DNA of 64,000 nucleotides from Chitinivibrionales bacterium. Lineage in GTDB: Bacteria > Fibrobacterota > Chitinivibrionia > Chitinivibrionales > WJKA01. The translations under genes and the position numbers were made by a program. The notes beneath the pieces were generated by a model. It did no database searches, had not been told where the DNA came from, and saw only the letters and a list, made by a program, of their open reading frames with translations. Shown one piece after another: positions 40,036 through 48,990 of this stretch. Numbering within the stretch: the first letter of the stretch is position 1; each line of letters opens with the position of its first letter. The stretch spans positions 28,199 through 92,198 of the forward strand of contig JBBRUX010000011.1 of assembly GCA_038247415.1 (NCBI GenBank). Direction: 5' to 3'.

Positions 40036-41442
40036 TTATTTTGTTGTTGTATCGATTTGTGAAATTGAACTTGTTGGAACCCCTGTAGATGTGGTCATAT
40101 CGACGGCAGGGATACCGTCAAGATCTTTTTGAATAATGTGAGGGGTTACAAAAATGATAAGATCTTTTTTAGCAACGCGAGTTTCTTTACGTTTAAATAA
40201 GAAACCAATGAGAGGGATGTCTTTAAGAAAGGGTATCCCCGATTCGATTTCTTGAGTTTCGTTAGATGTCAATCCTGCAATAACAACCGTTTCCCCATCA
40301 TTTACAACAACATTAGTAGAAGCATCCTGAGTTGCAATCGACTTGTCTGCATTGGCAGATTCCTTTTTAGCCTTGATATCGAGCGTGATACGTTTTCCAT
40401 CGGTTACATGAGGAATGACAATAAGCTCTGTTCCGGCATTCATGTACTTAACCAGGGTATTCCCAGCAACATCTTGATACATAAGAGGAATCTGTCCCCC
40501 CATAAAAATACGAGCTTCTTTATTATCCACGGTTGTAATGGATGGCTGAGCAATCACATCGGCTTTACTATTTTCGAATAAATAATTAAGTGCAATCGAA
40601 AACTTAGAAGGCGAAACAATGCCATACGTTAGTTTATCCAAAACATTGCTCACGATATTTTGACCAGATATCGCCATAGGTGCGTTATCGCCCGCATCAG
40701 ACAAATGTTTTGCGGCAATATCAACACCATTAATGGAATTAAACAATCCCCATTGAATACCCAAATTCTGGAGGTCGCCAGAACTGACTTCTACGATTTT
40801 GGCTGCGATGGCAATTTGCTCGGTTTCTACATCGAGCTTATGGATCATTTCGCGAATGGAGGCAAGGGTTCTCTCTGTCTCCAAAACAACCACTGCGTTA
40901 TTATGCTTAACCGAAGTTATTTTTCCTCGAGTAGAAATGAGCGGTTCGATAGTTTTTAGGGCTTCTTCTGCCGGGATATTGCTTAATTGAATTATCTCTC
41001 TGCGTAAAGGGCTATTTTCTTCGATTGCCTGGTTGACAATTTTCTCGGATTCAAATTCGGCACGGGTCTCTATATATAAATAGGCTCCTTGTGGAACAAT
41101 TACCAGCTCTTTAAGTTTGCAAATAATATCAAGAACCTGCCGCCAGCTCTTGTTCGTAACAGTCAAAGATACTTTTCCCACAATTTTATCAGATGCAACA
41201 ATATCCACACCACCAACGGTCGCCAATTCTAAAAACACCGCGGTGACAGGAGCATTGGTCCAGGTCCACTTATCATACGCCATAGTGCCATGACGCGTGA
41301 CCTGCTCGTTGCGGAGAGCATTTTGCTGTGTACCATCTCCAAAGTCTCCTTCTGATGCAGCATAACCATGCATGCATACAATCATAAGAAGCACCATACA
41401 AGCAATGTGGAGTGCGGTTGGCTTATGCGAAAATGCTATCAT
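40036..41442 (-). CDS. pilQ: Type IV pilus secretin PilQ (short form)
   Basis: N0/N3 domains, QIAIAAKIVEV, AQPSITTVDNKEARI and GIPFLKDIPLIGFLFK..LIIFVTPHII; lies at the end of pilMNOP. Confidence 0.9.
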   Translation of the reverse strand: MIAFSHKPTALHIACMVLLMIVCMHGYAASEGDFGDGTQQNALRNEQVTRHGTMAYDKWTWTNAPVTAVFLELATVGGVDIVASDKIVGKVSLTVTNKSWRQVLDIICKLKELVIVPQGAYLYIETRAEFESEKIVNQAIEENSPLRREIIQLSNIPAEEALKTIEPLISTRGKITSVKHNNAVVVLETERTLASIREMIHKLDVETEQIAIAAKIVEVSSGDLQNLGIQWGLFNSINGVDIAAKHLSDAGDNAPMAISGQNIVSNVLDKLTYGIVSPSKFSIALNYLFENSKADVIAQPSITTVDNKEARIFMGGQIPLMYQDVAGNTLVKYMNAGTELIVIPHVTDGKRITLDIKAKKESANADKSIATQDASTNVVVNDGETVVIAGLTSNETQEIESGIPFLKDIPLIGFLFKRKETRVAKKDLIIFVTPHIIQKDLDGIPAVDMTTSTGVPTSSISQIDTTTK

Positions 41443-41493
41443 ATAAACACCCTTACCAAAAAGCGGTTGACCCGAATACAACAAACGTTCTGT

Positions 41494-43452
41494 TTATTCA
41501 GCATGTGCTGCTGAACGTTTCGTATCCAGGTTTCTAACAATGGTATGGGAAATACCATACTCATTCAGTAGAAAAAGAACTGCAGTTTTTTCGATTTTCA
41601 AAACTTTTCCATCACGAATCTGATCGCCTTCTCGCAATGCATAGGCTTTGCCACTATGAATTTTATCTTCGAGCAATGCTACCCTATCTTTTTTGTCAAA
41701 CAAAATACCCACTAAATTCATATTGTCTACATTGCCAAGTTCATCGAATTCATCTGTTGCAGTGGAAAGAGGAACAAAGGGATCCCGACCATATGTTTTA
41801 TAACGAACAGAATCGGGTTGCACATGCCGTTTATTTACAACCGGTACAGGTACTACCTTTGCTGCAACCACCTCCAGTGCTGGTTTTGATTCAATTGGTG
41901 CAGGAATCTTTGGCGGAGCATTGTTAATTATAGTTTGAGTATACGCAGCTTGCGCTTTTTGCTGTCGCTCCACATTTTCTTGACGTATTACAATTATAGT
42001 CTGCCATTGTTTTTGAGTAACAATACTGCTTTCTGGAACAAATGACGATTTTATCCAGCCGGTGGTATCTGGTAACCGCACCAGCGTAAAGCCACTTTTG
42101 CTCTCTACAAGAGTTACTTTGGTTCCTATTCCAAGCGGGCGAATAATAGTCGCCTTATCGGTTGATGCAGGGCGACTCCTTAGATAAATGCTATCTTTAA
42201 TGACAATACCGGTTTTATACACAACAGGCTTTGGTGCAACAACGGGCGGTGGCAAAGGTTTTTGAGCCACCGGTGGCGCAGGCATAGTTTGAGCAACCGC
42301 TGCTTCATTTCTCACAGCAGCACCTTTACGAACTTCAAAAGTTTTATCGGATGTTAACTGGGTGGCTTCATCGGCAGTTACTTTTTTGCCAATTTGAGGC
42401 AACGGCGAAGGAAGTGACGGCAACACAGCAAAGGTGTATGCCAGTGTGGAGCCGTTTGTAGCACTCCATAATGAAACCCCCGGCGCTTCACTTGATTCAA
42501 GCGTCAGGAAACATTGCTTTCCGGAAATGGTGATAAGCGGTGCACTTGAATTCTTTAAATTCACCCGGGCGATAAGCCATTTTTTGCCATTTTTGGTAGT
42601 ATCCGAAAGCTGTATCGATTGAAAAAAAGATTGCTTATCGAGGACATATTTTGCTTTTGGCAAAGAATTTTTAGCCATCGAAAAAGCAAGTGTCACCATT
42701 TTTTTATCGTAACGGGATGCCATACTGGGCACACCATCAAATTCGAGAAAAAGTGTTTGAACCGAAGGTCGAGCAATAGCCTTAATTTCTTTTAAAGCAA
42801 TCATCCGCTCTGCCGGAGCAGGTGCAGGGGCTACCGGTACGGGGCCTGGTGGGGAAATCTTTGCTGGCGCAGGTGCAAAAGGTGTGCTTACAACTTTTTG
42901 AACAGTGACGTGCTTTGCAGGTTCTTTTTTTTCAGGCTCCACAGCAACAGACGGCAGTACCGGTGCTGGGGTTGCCAGAGCAAGTTGACGAGGCGAAGCG
43001 AGGGATGCTTGCCATACAAAAGGAGCAGATGGTTGTTGGCTGAGCAGCAAGAGCCATTGATTTTCTTTTTGTCGAGATTCAATGGCTGGATTAAGCCGTT
43101 GCGCTGTCATGATTACAATATCAGTTCCAAGAGTACCCTTAGAAGCTTCAACCGAAATGGACTGGAACAATCCTTTTTGAGGAAATGTGCTATACACTCC
43201 ACGGGGAAAAGTACTGCTCGCGTTGGGACATCGAAGCGTAATAAGGGTTCCTGTACCACTATTTTTAACCGACACTACAGCTAATTGAAAAGGACTATTG
43301 CCAAGCACAGCCATGGCAACACCACGAGGTCCGTACTGAACTTTAATATCGGAAATGCTTGCTATACCACCCAGTGCATGAAAGGGCATTATTAAGATAG
43401 CGCAGATCATAAAAAAACTTCTCATTAATACCCTTTGTATGGCCATACGCAC
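41494..43452 (-). CDS. Extended PilP-like protein with AMIN-like and SH3 domains
   Basis: Located between pilO and pilQ; C-terminal YGRDPFVPL...LVGIL...ALLED...LREGD...GKVLKI (PilP-like); SH3b-like IYLRSRP...GTKV...GWI. Confidence 0.7.
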   Translation of the reverse strand: MRMAIQRVLMRSFFMICAILIMPFHALGGIASISDIKVQYGPRGVAMAVLGNSPFQLAVVSVKNSGTGTLITLRCPNASSTFPRGVYSTFPQKGLFQSISVEASKGTLGTDIVIMTAQRLNPAIESRQKENQWLLLLSQQPSAPFVWQASLASPRQLALATPAPVLPSVAVEPEKKEPAKHVTVQKVVSTPFAPAPAKISPPGPVPVAPAPAPAERMIALKEIKAIARPSVQTLFLEFDGVPSMASRYDKKMVTLAFSMAKNSLPKAKYVLDKQSFFQSIQLSDTTKNGKKWLIARVNLKNSSAPLITISGKQCFLTLESSEAPGVSLWSATNGSTLAYTFAVLPSLPSPLPQIGKKVTADEATQLTSDKTFEVRKGAAVRNEAAVAQTMPAPPVAQKPLPPPVVAPKPVVYKTGIVIKDSIYLRSRPASTDKATIIRPLGIGTKVTLVESKSGFTLVRLPDTTGWIKSSFVPESSIVTQKQWQTIIVIRQENVERQQKAQAAYTQTIINNAPPKIPAPIESKPALEVVAAKVVPVPVVNKRHVQPDSVRYKTYGRDPFVPLSTATDEFDELGNVDNMNLVGILFDKKDRVALLEDKIHSGKAYALREGDQIRDGKVLKIEKTAVLFLLNEYGISHTIVRNLDTKRSAAHAE

Positions 43453-44049
43453 TTACTTTCTCGAGGAGAATGTCGTTAATCGAAACGTAGCATTCACCGT
43501 ATAACTCTCTTCTTCGGACGAGCTCTCATCCGAGCTTTTTTTAGATGCATTCGGATTGCGAATTAAATTTACATCGGATAAATTGATCATGAGTGGCAAA
43601 TTTGCAAGAGCTGCAAAATACGAGGCCACCTGATGATATCCCCCAGAAATAGCAACCGAATAATTATTCTCGATATAATATTCTTTAACGGAATCGGGCA
43701 TCGGGCTTAATTTGCGCGGCGCAATATCCGATTCGCGCGAAAGTCTTGCCATTTCACGAATGAGCCTGGGGATTTCCTTTTGATCGGGAAATATTGACTT
43801 AAGAGAATCTAGCTCGATACGCGCCAAGGTAGTATCTTTGCGCAAATTTTCTACCTGGGGCTTCATAGCAAGAATGCTATTCAACTCATTTTGTTTTTGA
43901 AGTTGCGTCTCTTTGAGCGTGCCTAATTGTTCCGATGCACCCATATACCAGAAATAAAACCAACCGGCAACAACAAGAACTCCAATAGCTATTACAATAG
44001 CAAGGTTGCGTGTATCCGGATTTTTAAGATCTATTTTTGGAGTTGCCAT
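43453..44049 (-). CDS. pilO: Type IV pilus assembly protein PilO
   Basis: TM plus coiled coil, FPDQKEIPRLI and GGYHQVASYF...LP. Confidence 0.9.
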   Translation of the reverse strand: MATPKIDLKNPDTRNLAIVIAIGVLVVAGWFYFWYMGASEQLGTLKETQLQKQNELNSILAMKPQVENLRKDTTLARIELDSLKSIFPDQKEIPRLIREMARLSRESDIAPRKLSPMPDSVKEYYIENNYSVAISGGYHQVASYFAALANLPLMINLSDVNLIRNPNASKKSSDESSSEEESYTVNATFRLTTFSSRK

Positions 44050-44055
44050 AAATAT

Positions 44056-44703
44056 TTACCTCCCTGATTTCTTCAGGGGTGTCTTTACTGGTGCGACATA
44101 ACTAGTGTCGGGGAGCGAGCCTAGCTGCGCATCCTGGTTAATAGTGCAATCGAGCAAGTACTCAAAGGTTTTATTGCCCTTATCGCGTTGTTCGATAAAT
44201 TGGAGATCGACACTTTTAAGATATTCGGCTCCCGATAAGCGCGACATAAAATTTGCAATGTCATTGAACGAAAATGTTTGGCCTTGAACATGTAATACAT
44301 CTGAGGTATCGGTGTTTTTTTCGATAATACTTGATATCCAGGTAGCTGAGGGTAATTCTTTTGTAAATGTTTCTAAAAGTCGAACCCACTTTTCTTTATT
44401 CACGGATATACGTTGCAGCGCCCGAATTTTTAATCGAATAATTTCTCGACTCGATTTAAGCTGGAGAATTTCAACTTTAATATGACGATTCTTCTCGATT
44501 TTTTGTGTCAGTGTTTCGATTTCGGAATTCGATTGAGCAATGTCCATGGTTGTCGTAATTGAAAAATAAGCAACCCCAATCCACACGGTAATGATCGTGA
44601 GGAGTGAATAAAACAGTGGCCTGGAAATATGTAGTGCAGATTTACGGAATCGATACTCGGCAGGTAATAGATTTACCTCAATGCGCTCAATACGATCTGC
44701 CAT
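44056..44703 (-). CDS. pilN: Type IV pilus assembly protein PilN
   Basis: N-terminal IEVNLLP motif, TM, coiled coil and LPSATWISSI. Confidence 0.9.
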   Translation of the reverse strand: MADRIERIEVNLLPAEYRFRKSALHISRPLFYSLLTIITVWIGVAYFSITTTMDIAQSNSEIETLTQKIEKNRHIKVEILQLKSSREIIRLKIRALQRISVNKEKWVRLLETFTKELPSATWISSIIEKNTDTSDVLHVQGQTFSFNDIANFMSRLSGAEYLKSVDLQFIEQRDKGNKTFEYLLDCTINQDAQLGSLPDTSYVAPVKTPLKKSGR

Positions 44704-45770
44704 TAGTTACCCACCTTTCGCAATCCTAAACCAATTGCAACAGAAAGCATGGGAGAAATGGTATCGGGATTAACACGACCAAAAAGTTCTGGGTCATATT
44801 CGAGATGCGCTAAAGGATTAGCTATGCGTACAGAAGTTTCGTGACGATTTTCGAGAAATCCAGCAATACCCTGAATATGCGCGCCACCGCCAGACAGAAT
44901 AATTTTATCGATAACATCGTGTTTCTCTGAGTTACGGAAATACGAGAATGCCAGATCGATGCCCGAAGAGAGTTCTTCGATTGCGTAATCGATTGATTGC
45001 TTTACAAGACCCGCATTGAGAGTTGGATCTTCTTCTCCTCGCAAAAGCGCAAAAGCTACCTCGGGGGCCAAACCAAGATTACGCACCAGTGTCTTGACAA
45101 AGAAATCGCCTGCTGTGGCAACATCGCGGGTTGAGTGATACACACCATTTTTTATAAAGGTAACATTGGTAAGATTATGTCCAATATTTAAAAGCATAAC
45201 CACGCCCTGCTCAGCCCGACCGCTCATTTCTAGAGCATAACTATTGGTAAGAGCGAATGCGTCCACATCAACCATAACAGGTTTTAATCCAGCCTCATAC
45301 AAAAGATCGATATAGGTTTGCATTGTTTGATTTTTAGCAGCAACCAATAAAACTTCTACCTCGCTTGTTGACTGATTGCGACTAAGGATTTTATAATCGA
45401 GCGTGATGTCATCAACATCGAAAGGGCTGCGCTGACTTGCTTCCCATAAGATAAATTCTTCGGTATTTTCCGATGGGTCGATCTTAAACATAACCTTATC
45501 GGTAATAATACCATTGCCCGACATTGAAATAACAACGTCGACGATGCCTGGATCACATTGATTAATAAGCGTCGTTATGGCATCGATAAAAGCCGAACGA
45601 TTGCGGATTTCGCCACCCTCGATAGTGCCGGGTGGAAGTTCTTTGATACCTGTAGCCTGAAGCGTAAAGCCATCTTTTTTGTGAAGTATTTTAGCAATTT
45701 TAATGGCATGACTACCAATATCGAGACCAACGGTGGTAGTTTCGCCAGTAAGTTTTTGGAGCCATTTCAT
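44703..45770 (-). CDS. pilM: Type IV pilus assembly protein PilM
   Basis: VGLDIGSHAIKI, VDVDAFAL, IILSGGGA and VAIGLGLR (actin-like fold). Confidence 0.93.
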   Translation of the reverse strand: MKWLQKLTGETTTVGLDIGSHAIKIAKILHKKDGFTLQATGIKELPPGTIEGGEIRNRSAFIDAITTLINQCDPGIVDVVISMSGNGIITDKVMFKIDPSENTEEFILWEASQRSPFDVDDITLDYKILSRNQSTSEVEVLLVAAKNQTMQTYIDLLYEAGLKPVMVDVDAFALTNSYALEMSGRAEQGVVMLLNIGHNLTNVTFIKNGVYHSTRDVATAGDFFVKTLVRNLGLAPEVAFALLRGEEDPTLNAGLVKQSIDYAIEELSSGIDLAFSYFRNSEKHDVIDKIILSGGGAHIQGIAGFLENRHETSVRIANPLAHLEYDPELFGRVNPDTISPMLSVAIGLGLRKVGN

Positions 45771-46005
45771 AGTAATGAGCGCCTTGATATTAGATCAGCT
45801 AGCTGTTGAGCTCTAAGACTACTATTTAAGTGATGCATATAACTAAATACATTATCTTGGGTTACACGAATAGATAGTAGTATAATAATAGCGCCTGCTC
45901 CAATGCGTTGTCAATTAAAAAAAGCATAATCTGCAGCAATTACTTGTAAGCATACCATATTATGAGGTTTCTGGCAAGCAACTACATTATATTGTAATCG
46001 CATTT

Positions 46006-46410
46006 TTATTCTATTGATAGCCTAGCCCACACCGTATCGTTTCCAACGGTTGTGCGGCATACTGTGCACGACCGAGTAATGCTTGATTTGCCAAATTGTC
46101 CTTGAGCACTAATTTGAACATACAATGAATCGGGTGTATGCGTTGTGCGGGATTCAACCTGATACCATCCACCATCCAGAGCTGTTTTAGGAACGGAAAC
46201 AGAAGTTTTGGAGACCCCAAAAGACTCGAGGCCCTGTTGTAAACCAAACTCTGCGAGCTCGGTGGCTTTGCGATACGATTTATCTGATTGGCCTTTTTGA
46301 TACTGAAGGAAAAACGCTATTGAGGCCATTACAATACCAAGTGTCAGGAGAATAAGTATTACTCGAAACACGACACCACCTTTTTTGGCCTCTGTTCCGA
46401 AAACTACCAT
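46006..46410 (-). CDS. PilX/GspK-like minor pilin candidate
   Basis: KKG followed by a hydrophobic helix and A.ELAEFGL (PilX N-terminal pattern), upstream of pilM. Confidence 0.5.
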   Translation of the reverse strand: MVVFGTEAKKGGVVFRVILILLTLGIVMASIAFFLQYQKGQSDKSYRKATELAEFGLQQGLESFGVSKTSVSVPKTALDGGWYQVESRTTHTPDSLYVQISAQGQFGKSSITRSCTVCRTTVGNDTVWARLSIE

Positions 46411-46459
46411 TGAGATCCCCTTAGACAATTGACAAAAAGCAAACAGTCCTCCTGCCCCA

Positions 46460-46918
46460 TCATTTATGATACGGATGATTTTTTAATATACTACATGCGC
46501 GATAAAGCTGTTCAATGAGCAGCAAAAGTGCCATGGGATGGGTAAAAGTCAGGGGCGAAAGACTTATCGTATCCTTGCACATCGAAACGATTCCAGGTGA
46601 AAGTCCATAAGCAGACCCAATTAAAAAACAAGGCATTTTACCCTGGACTAAAAACCCTGAGACAAAATTCGCAAATTCAATGCTTGTCCTAAGGGTTCCT
46701 TTTTCACAAAGAGCTATTGGATAGGCTTGTTTAGGCATCGCTACCCGCAGAGCGGCTTCCTCGATAAACCTACCTGGCAAAAAAGCGTCCTCCGAATGTT
46801 TTACGCATTTTATGGTAGCAATAAGCTGAGGGCGCATCATTTTTTGATACCGAACGATACTTTCGGTGAGAAGCTGATTTTGCCTGCCAGGAATTAGGAT
46901 ACAACATTCTGATGACAT
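46460..46918 (-). CDS. rlmH: 23S rRNA m3-pseudouridine1915 methyltransferase RlmH
   Basis: FLIGSAYGL, SLSPLTFTH and EQLYRA..I....PYHK C-terminus. Start codon uncertain (46918 or 46960). Confidence 0.9.
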   Translation of the reverse strand: MSSECCILIPGRQNQLLTESIVRYQKMMRPQLIATIKCVKHSEDAFLPGRFIEEAALRVAMPKQAYPIALCEKGTLRTSIEFANFVSGFLVQGKMPCFLIGSAYGLSPGIVSMCKDTISLSPLTFTHPMALLLLIEQLYRACSILKNHPYHK

Positions 46919-47050
46919 ACGATTACATCTTTTCAAATCAACTTTGATTATTGAATACATGAAATAGTAAATATACCTCTTCGGAAATTGCGCTTTGAGA
47001 ATAGTAACTCCAGCCGCCTAAAACAACAATTTTGTACCGTTGTACTATAC

Positions 47051-47148
47051 CCGATACGCCTTTGTGCCGTTTTTACGAGGACAACCTCGAGACTCGGTCA
47101 CAACGACCTTATGTGGGGCTCGATTTAAGCCCACAGGAACGCTATCGG
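47051..47148. other. Multi-hairpin element (candidate structured RNA or enhancer array)
   Basis: Closing stem CCGATA/TATCGG encloses CGAGG-acaa-CCTCG, GGTC-acaac-GACC and TGTGG(G)GCT-N7-AGCCCACA. Confidence 0.4.
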
Positions 47149-47163
47149 CTACAATTTTTATTT

Positions 47164-47180
47164 CTGGTATGACCTTTGCG
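47164..47180 (+). promoter_or_regulatory. Sigma54 (-24/-12) promoter of amt
   Basis: CTGGTATGACCTTTGCG closely matches TGGCACG-N4-TTGC, about 55 nt upstream of an ammonium transporter. Confidence 0.7.
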
Positions 47181-47233
47181 TTTAATGAGAATGTCACACA
47201 GCTGTTATTAATCTTTATGCAAAAGGGGGATTC

Positions 47234-48469
47234 GTGCAAGCGAATTATGACCAGTTTGTTTATGCGTCAACAGTTCTTTTTCTGTTGTTAGGTGCTATTA
47301 TGATTTTTGCCATGCATGCCGGTTTCGCTTTTTTAGAAGTTGGCACAGTTCGCCAAAAAAACCAGGTGAATGCATTAGTAAAAATCATGTGCGATTGGGC
47401 AATGTCGACCGTTGTATATTTTGCAATCGGATTTCCTATTGCGTATGGAATTAATTTTTGGATGGATGCAGGATCTTTGGCAAACCTGATGAATGGAAAA
47501 GTGGTTGTAGGAACACATGGGTTTGACCTCGTTCGCTGTTTTTTCCTGACAACCTTTGCAGCATGCATTCCCGCAATTATATCGGGCGGGATTGCAGAAC
47601 GAGCACGATTTTGGCCGCAGCTGCTAGCAGGTGGTTTTTTTGCCGGTATCTGTTATCCGATTTTCGAATCCTTTGCATGGGGGCGCAACTCCGGATTACA
47701 AAATTGGCTCGTATCGGTATGCGGGTCAAAATTTCATGATTATGCTGGATCCGTAGTAGTTCACTCGCTGGGCGGATGGATGGCACTTCCGGCCGTTATC
47801 ATACTCGGCCAACGGATTGGTCGTTGGACACATGGACGCAGTGTGGGGATTCCTGTTTCAAACATTCCCTTTCTTGCGCTGGGTAGCTGGATACTTGCAA
47901 TAGGGTGGTTTGGATTTAATGTCATGAGTGCTCAAGATTTAAATGCAATCGTAGGACTCGTAGCTGTCAATTCGCTCTTTGCTATGGTGGGAGGCATTCT
48001 TGCCGCACTTGTTTTTTCTAAAAACGACCCAGGATTTATCCATAATGGGGCACTTGCAGGACTTATTGCAATATGCTCGGGATCGGATGTTGTTCATCCA
48101 TTGGGAGCATTTGCCATTGGGGGTATTGCATCGGTCATTTTTATTGCTGGCTTTAAATGGGAAACAGAAAAACTTCGTATCGATGATGTACTGGGAGTTT
48201 GGCCTTTGCACGGTTTAGCAGGAAGCTTTGGAGGCATTGCAACAGGGATTTTTGGACAAAAGTTTCTTGGCGGATGCGGAGGAGTTTCATTCGTGTCACA
48301 AACATTGGGAACTGTGGCCGCCATACTATTTGCGCTCGTTTGTTCTTTAATTACCTATAGTATACTTCGCACTACAACAGGATTTCGATTAAGCGAAGAA
48401 CAAGAAATTAAAGGAGCAGACCTTTCAATTCATTCGACAGGGGCTTACCCTGAAAATGATTTCAGATGA
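47234..48469 (+). CDS. amt: Ammonium transporter (Amt family)
   Basis: MHAGFAFLEVG, AIISGGIAER, DYAGSVVVH, GWFGFN and DDVLGVWPLH (twin-His); GTG start after AAGGGGG. Confidence 0.95.
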   Translation: MQANYDQFVYASTVLFLLLGAIMIFAMHAGFAFLEVGTVRQKNQVNALVKIMCDWAMSTVVYFAIGFPIAYGINFWMDAGSLANLMNGKVVVGTHGFDLVRCFFLTTFAACIPAIISGGIAERARFWPQLLAGGFFAGICYPIFESFAWGRNSGLQNWLVSVCGSKFHDYAGSVVVHSLGGWMALPAVIILGQRIGRWTHGRSVGIPVSNIPFLALGSWILAIGWFGFNVMSAQDLNAIVGLVAVNSLFAMVGGILAALVFSKNDPGFIHNGALAGLIAICSGSDVVHPLGAFAIGGIASVIFIAGFKWETEKLRIDDVLGVWPLHGLAGSFGGIATGIFGQKFLGGCGGVSFVSQTLGTVAAILFALVCSLITYSILRTTTGFRLSEEQEIKGADLSIHSTGAYPENDFR

Positions 48470-48502
48470 GATGGGAACGCAGGTTTGAGACTATTTTAAC
48501 AA

Positions 48503-48519
48503 TTGGCATATGCGACGCA
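48503..48519 (+). promoter_or_regulatory. Possible second sigma54-type promoter upstream of the PII gene
   Basis: TTGGCATATGCGACGCA fits GG-N10-GC; good -24 element, degenerate -12 element. Confidence 0.35.
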
Positions 48520-48565
48520 TGCACGATAAAGACAAGTTACTTATCATTATTTTAAGGAGGTGTTT

Positions 48566-48913
48566 ATGAAATACATCGTTGCGATTATTCAGCCCACACG
48601 ATTGGAAGCTGTCAAAGAAGCTTTGAGTCGTGCGGATGTCGTAGGTCTTACCGTTTCTGATGTACAGGGTATGGGCCGGCAAAAAGGGCATACCGAAGTA
48701 TACCGCGGACACGAATATCAGATTAATTTTATTCGTAAAGTAAAGCTTGAAATTGCTGTTAACGACGAATTTGTCGAACCAACAATTCAGGCAATCACCA
48801 ATGCAGCCCGCACTGGCGCGGAAGGCAAAATTGGCGATGGTAAAATCTTTGTTCTCGAACTCGAAGATGCAATGCGCATTCGTACAAAAGAACGAGGAAA
48901 AGAAGCGCTTTAA
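48566..48913 (+). CDS. glnK: PII nitrogen regulatory protein (GlnK/GlnB)
   Basis: GMGRQKGHTEVYRGHEY (T-loop Tyr51), GKIGDGKIFV, RIRT and a perfect AAGGAGGT RBS. Confidence 0.95.
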   Translation: MKYIVAIIQPTRLEAVKEALSRADVVGLTVSDVQGMGRQKGHTEVYRGHEYQINFIRKVKLEIAVNDEFVEPTIQAITNAARTGAEGKIGDGKIFVLELEDAMRIRTKERGKEAL

Positions 48914-48939
48914 TCCAAGGGTGACCACTTTGCCCTTAT

Positions 48940-48978
48940 GCCTGTTTCCAAAAAAGGAAACAGGCCTTTTCTTATTTT
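48940..48978 (+). terminator. Intrinsic terminator between the PII gene and glnD
   Basis: GCCTGTTTCC-aaaaaa-GGAAACAGGC, a perfect 10-bp stem followed by CTTTTCTTATTTT. Confidence 0.65.
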
Positions 48979-48990
48979 AATTTCAGCACC

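Noticed and set aside
47051..47148. Canonical glutamine (glnA) riboswitch or a tRNA
   Set aside because: Only GGAACGC matches the riboswitch; the 5' CGTTC strand and E-loop core are absent, and there are no tRNA D- or T-loop consensus sequences.
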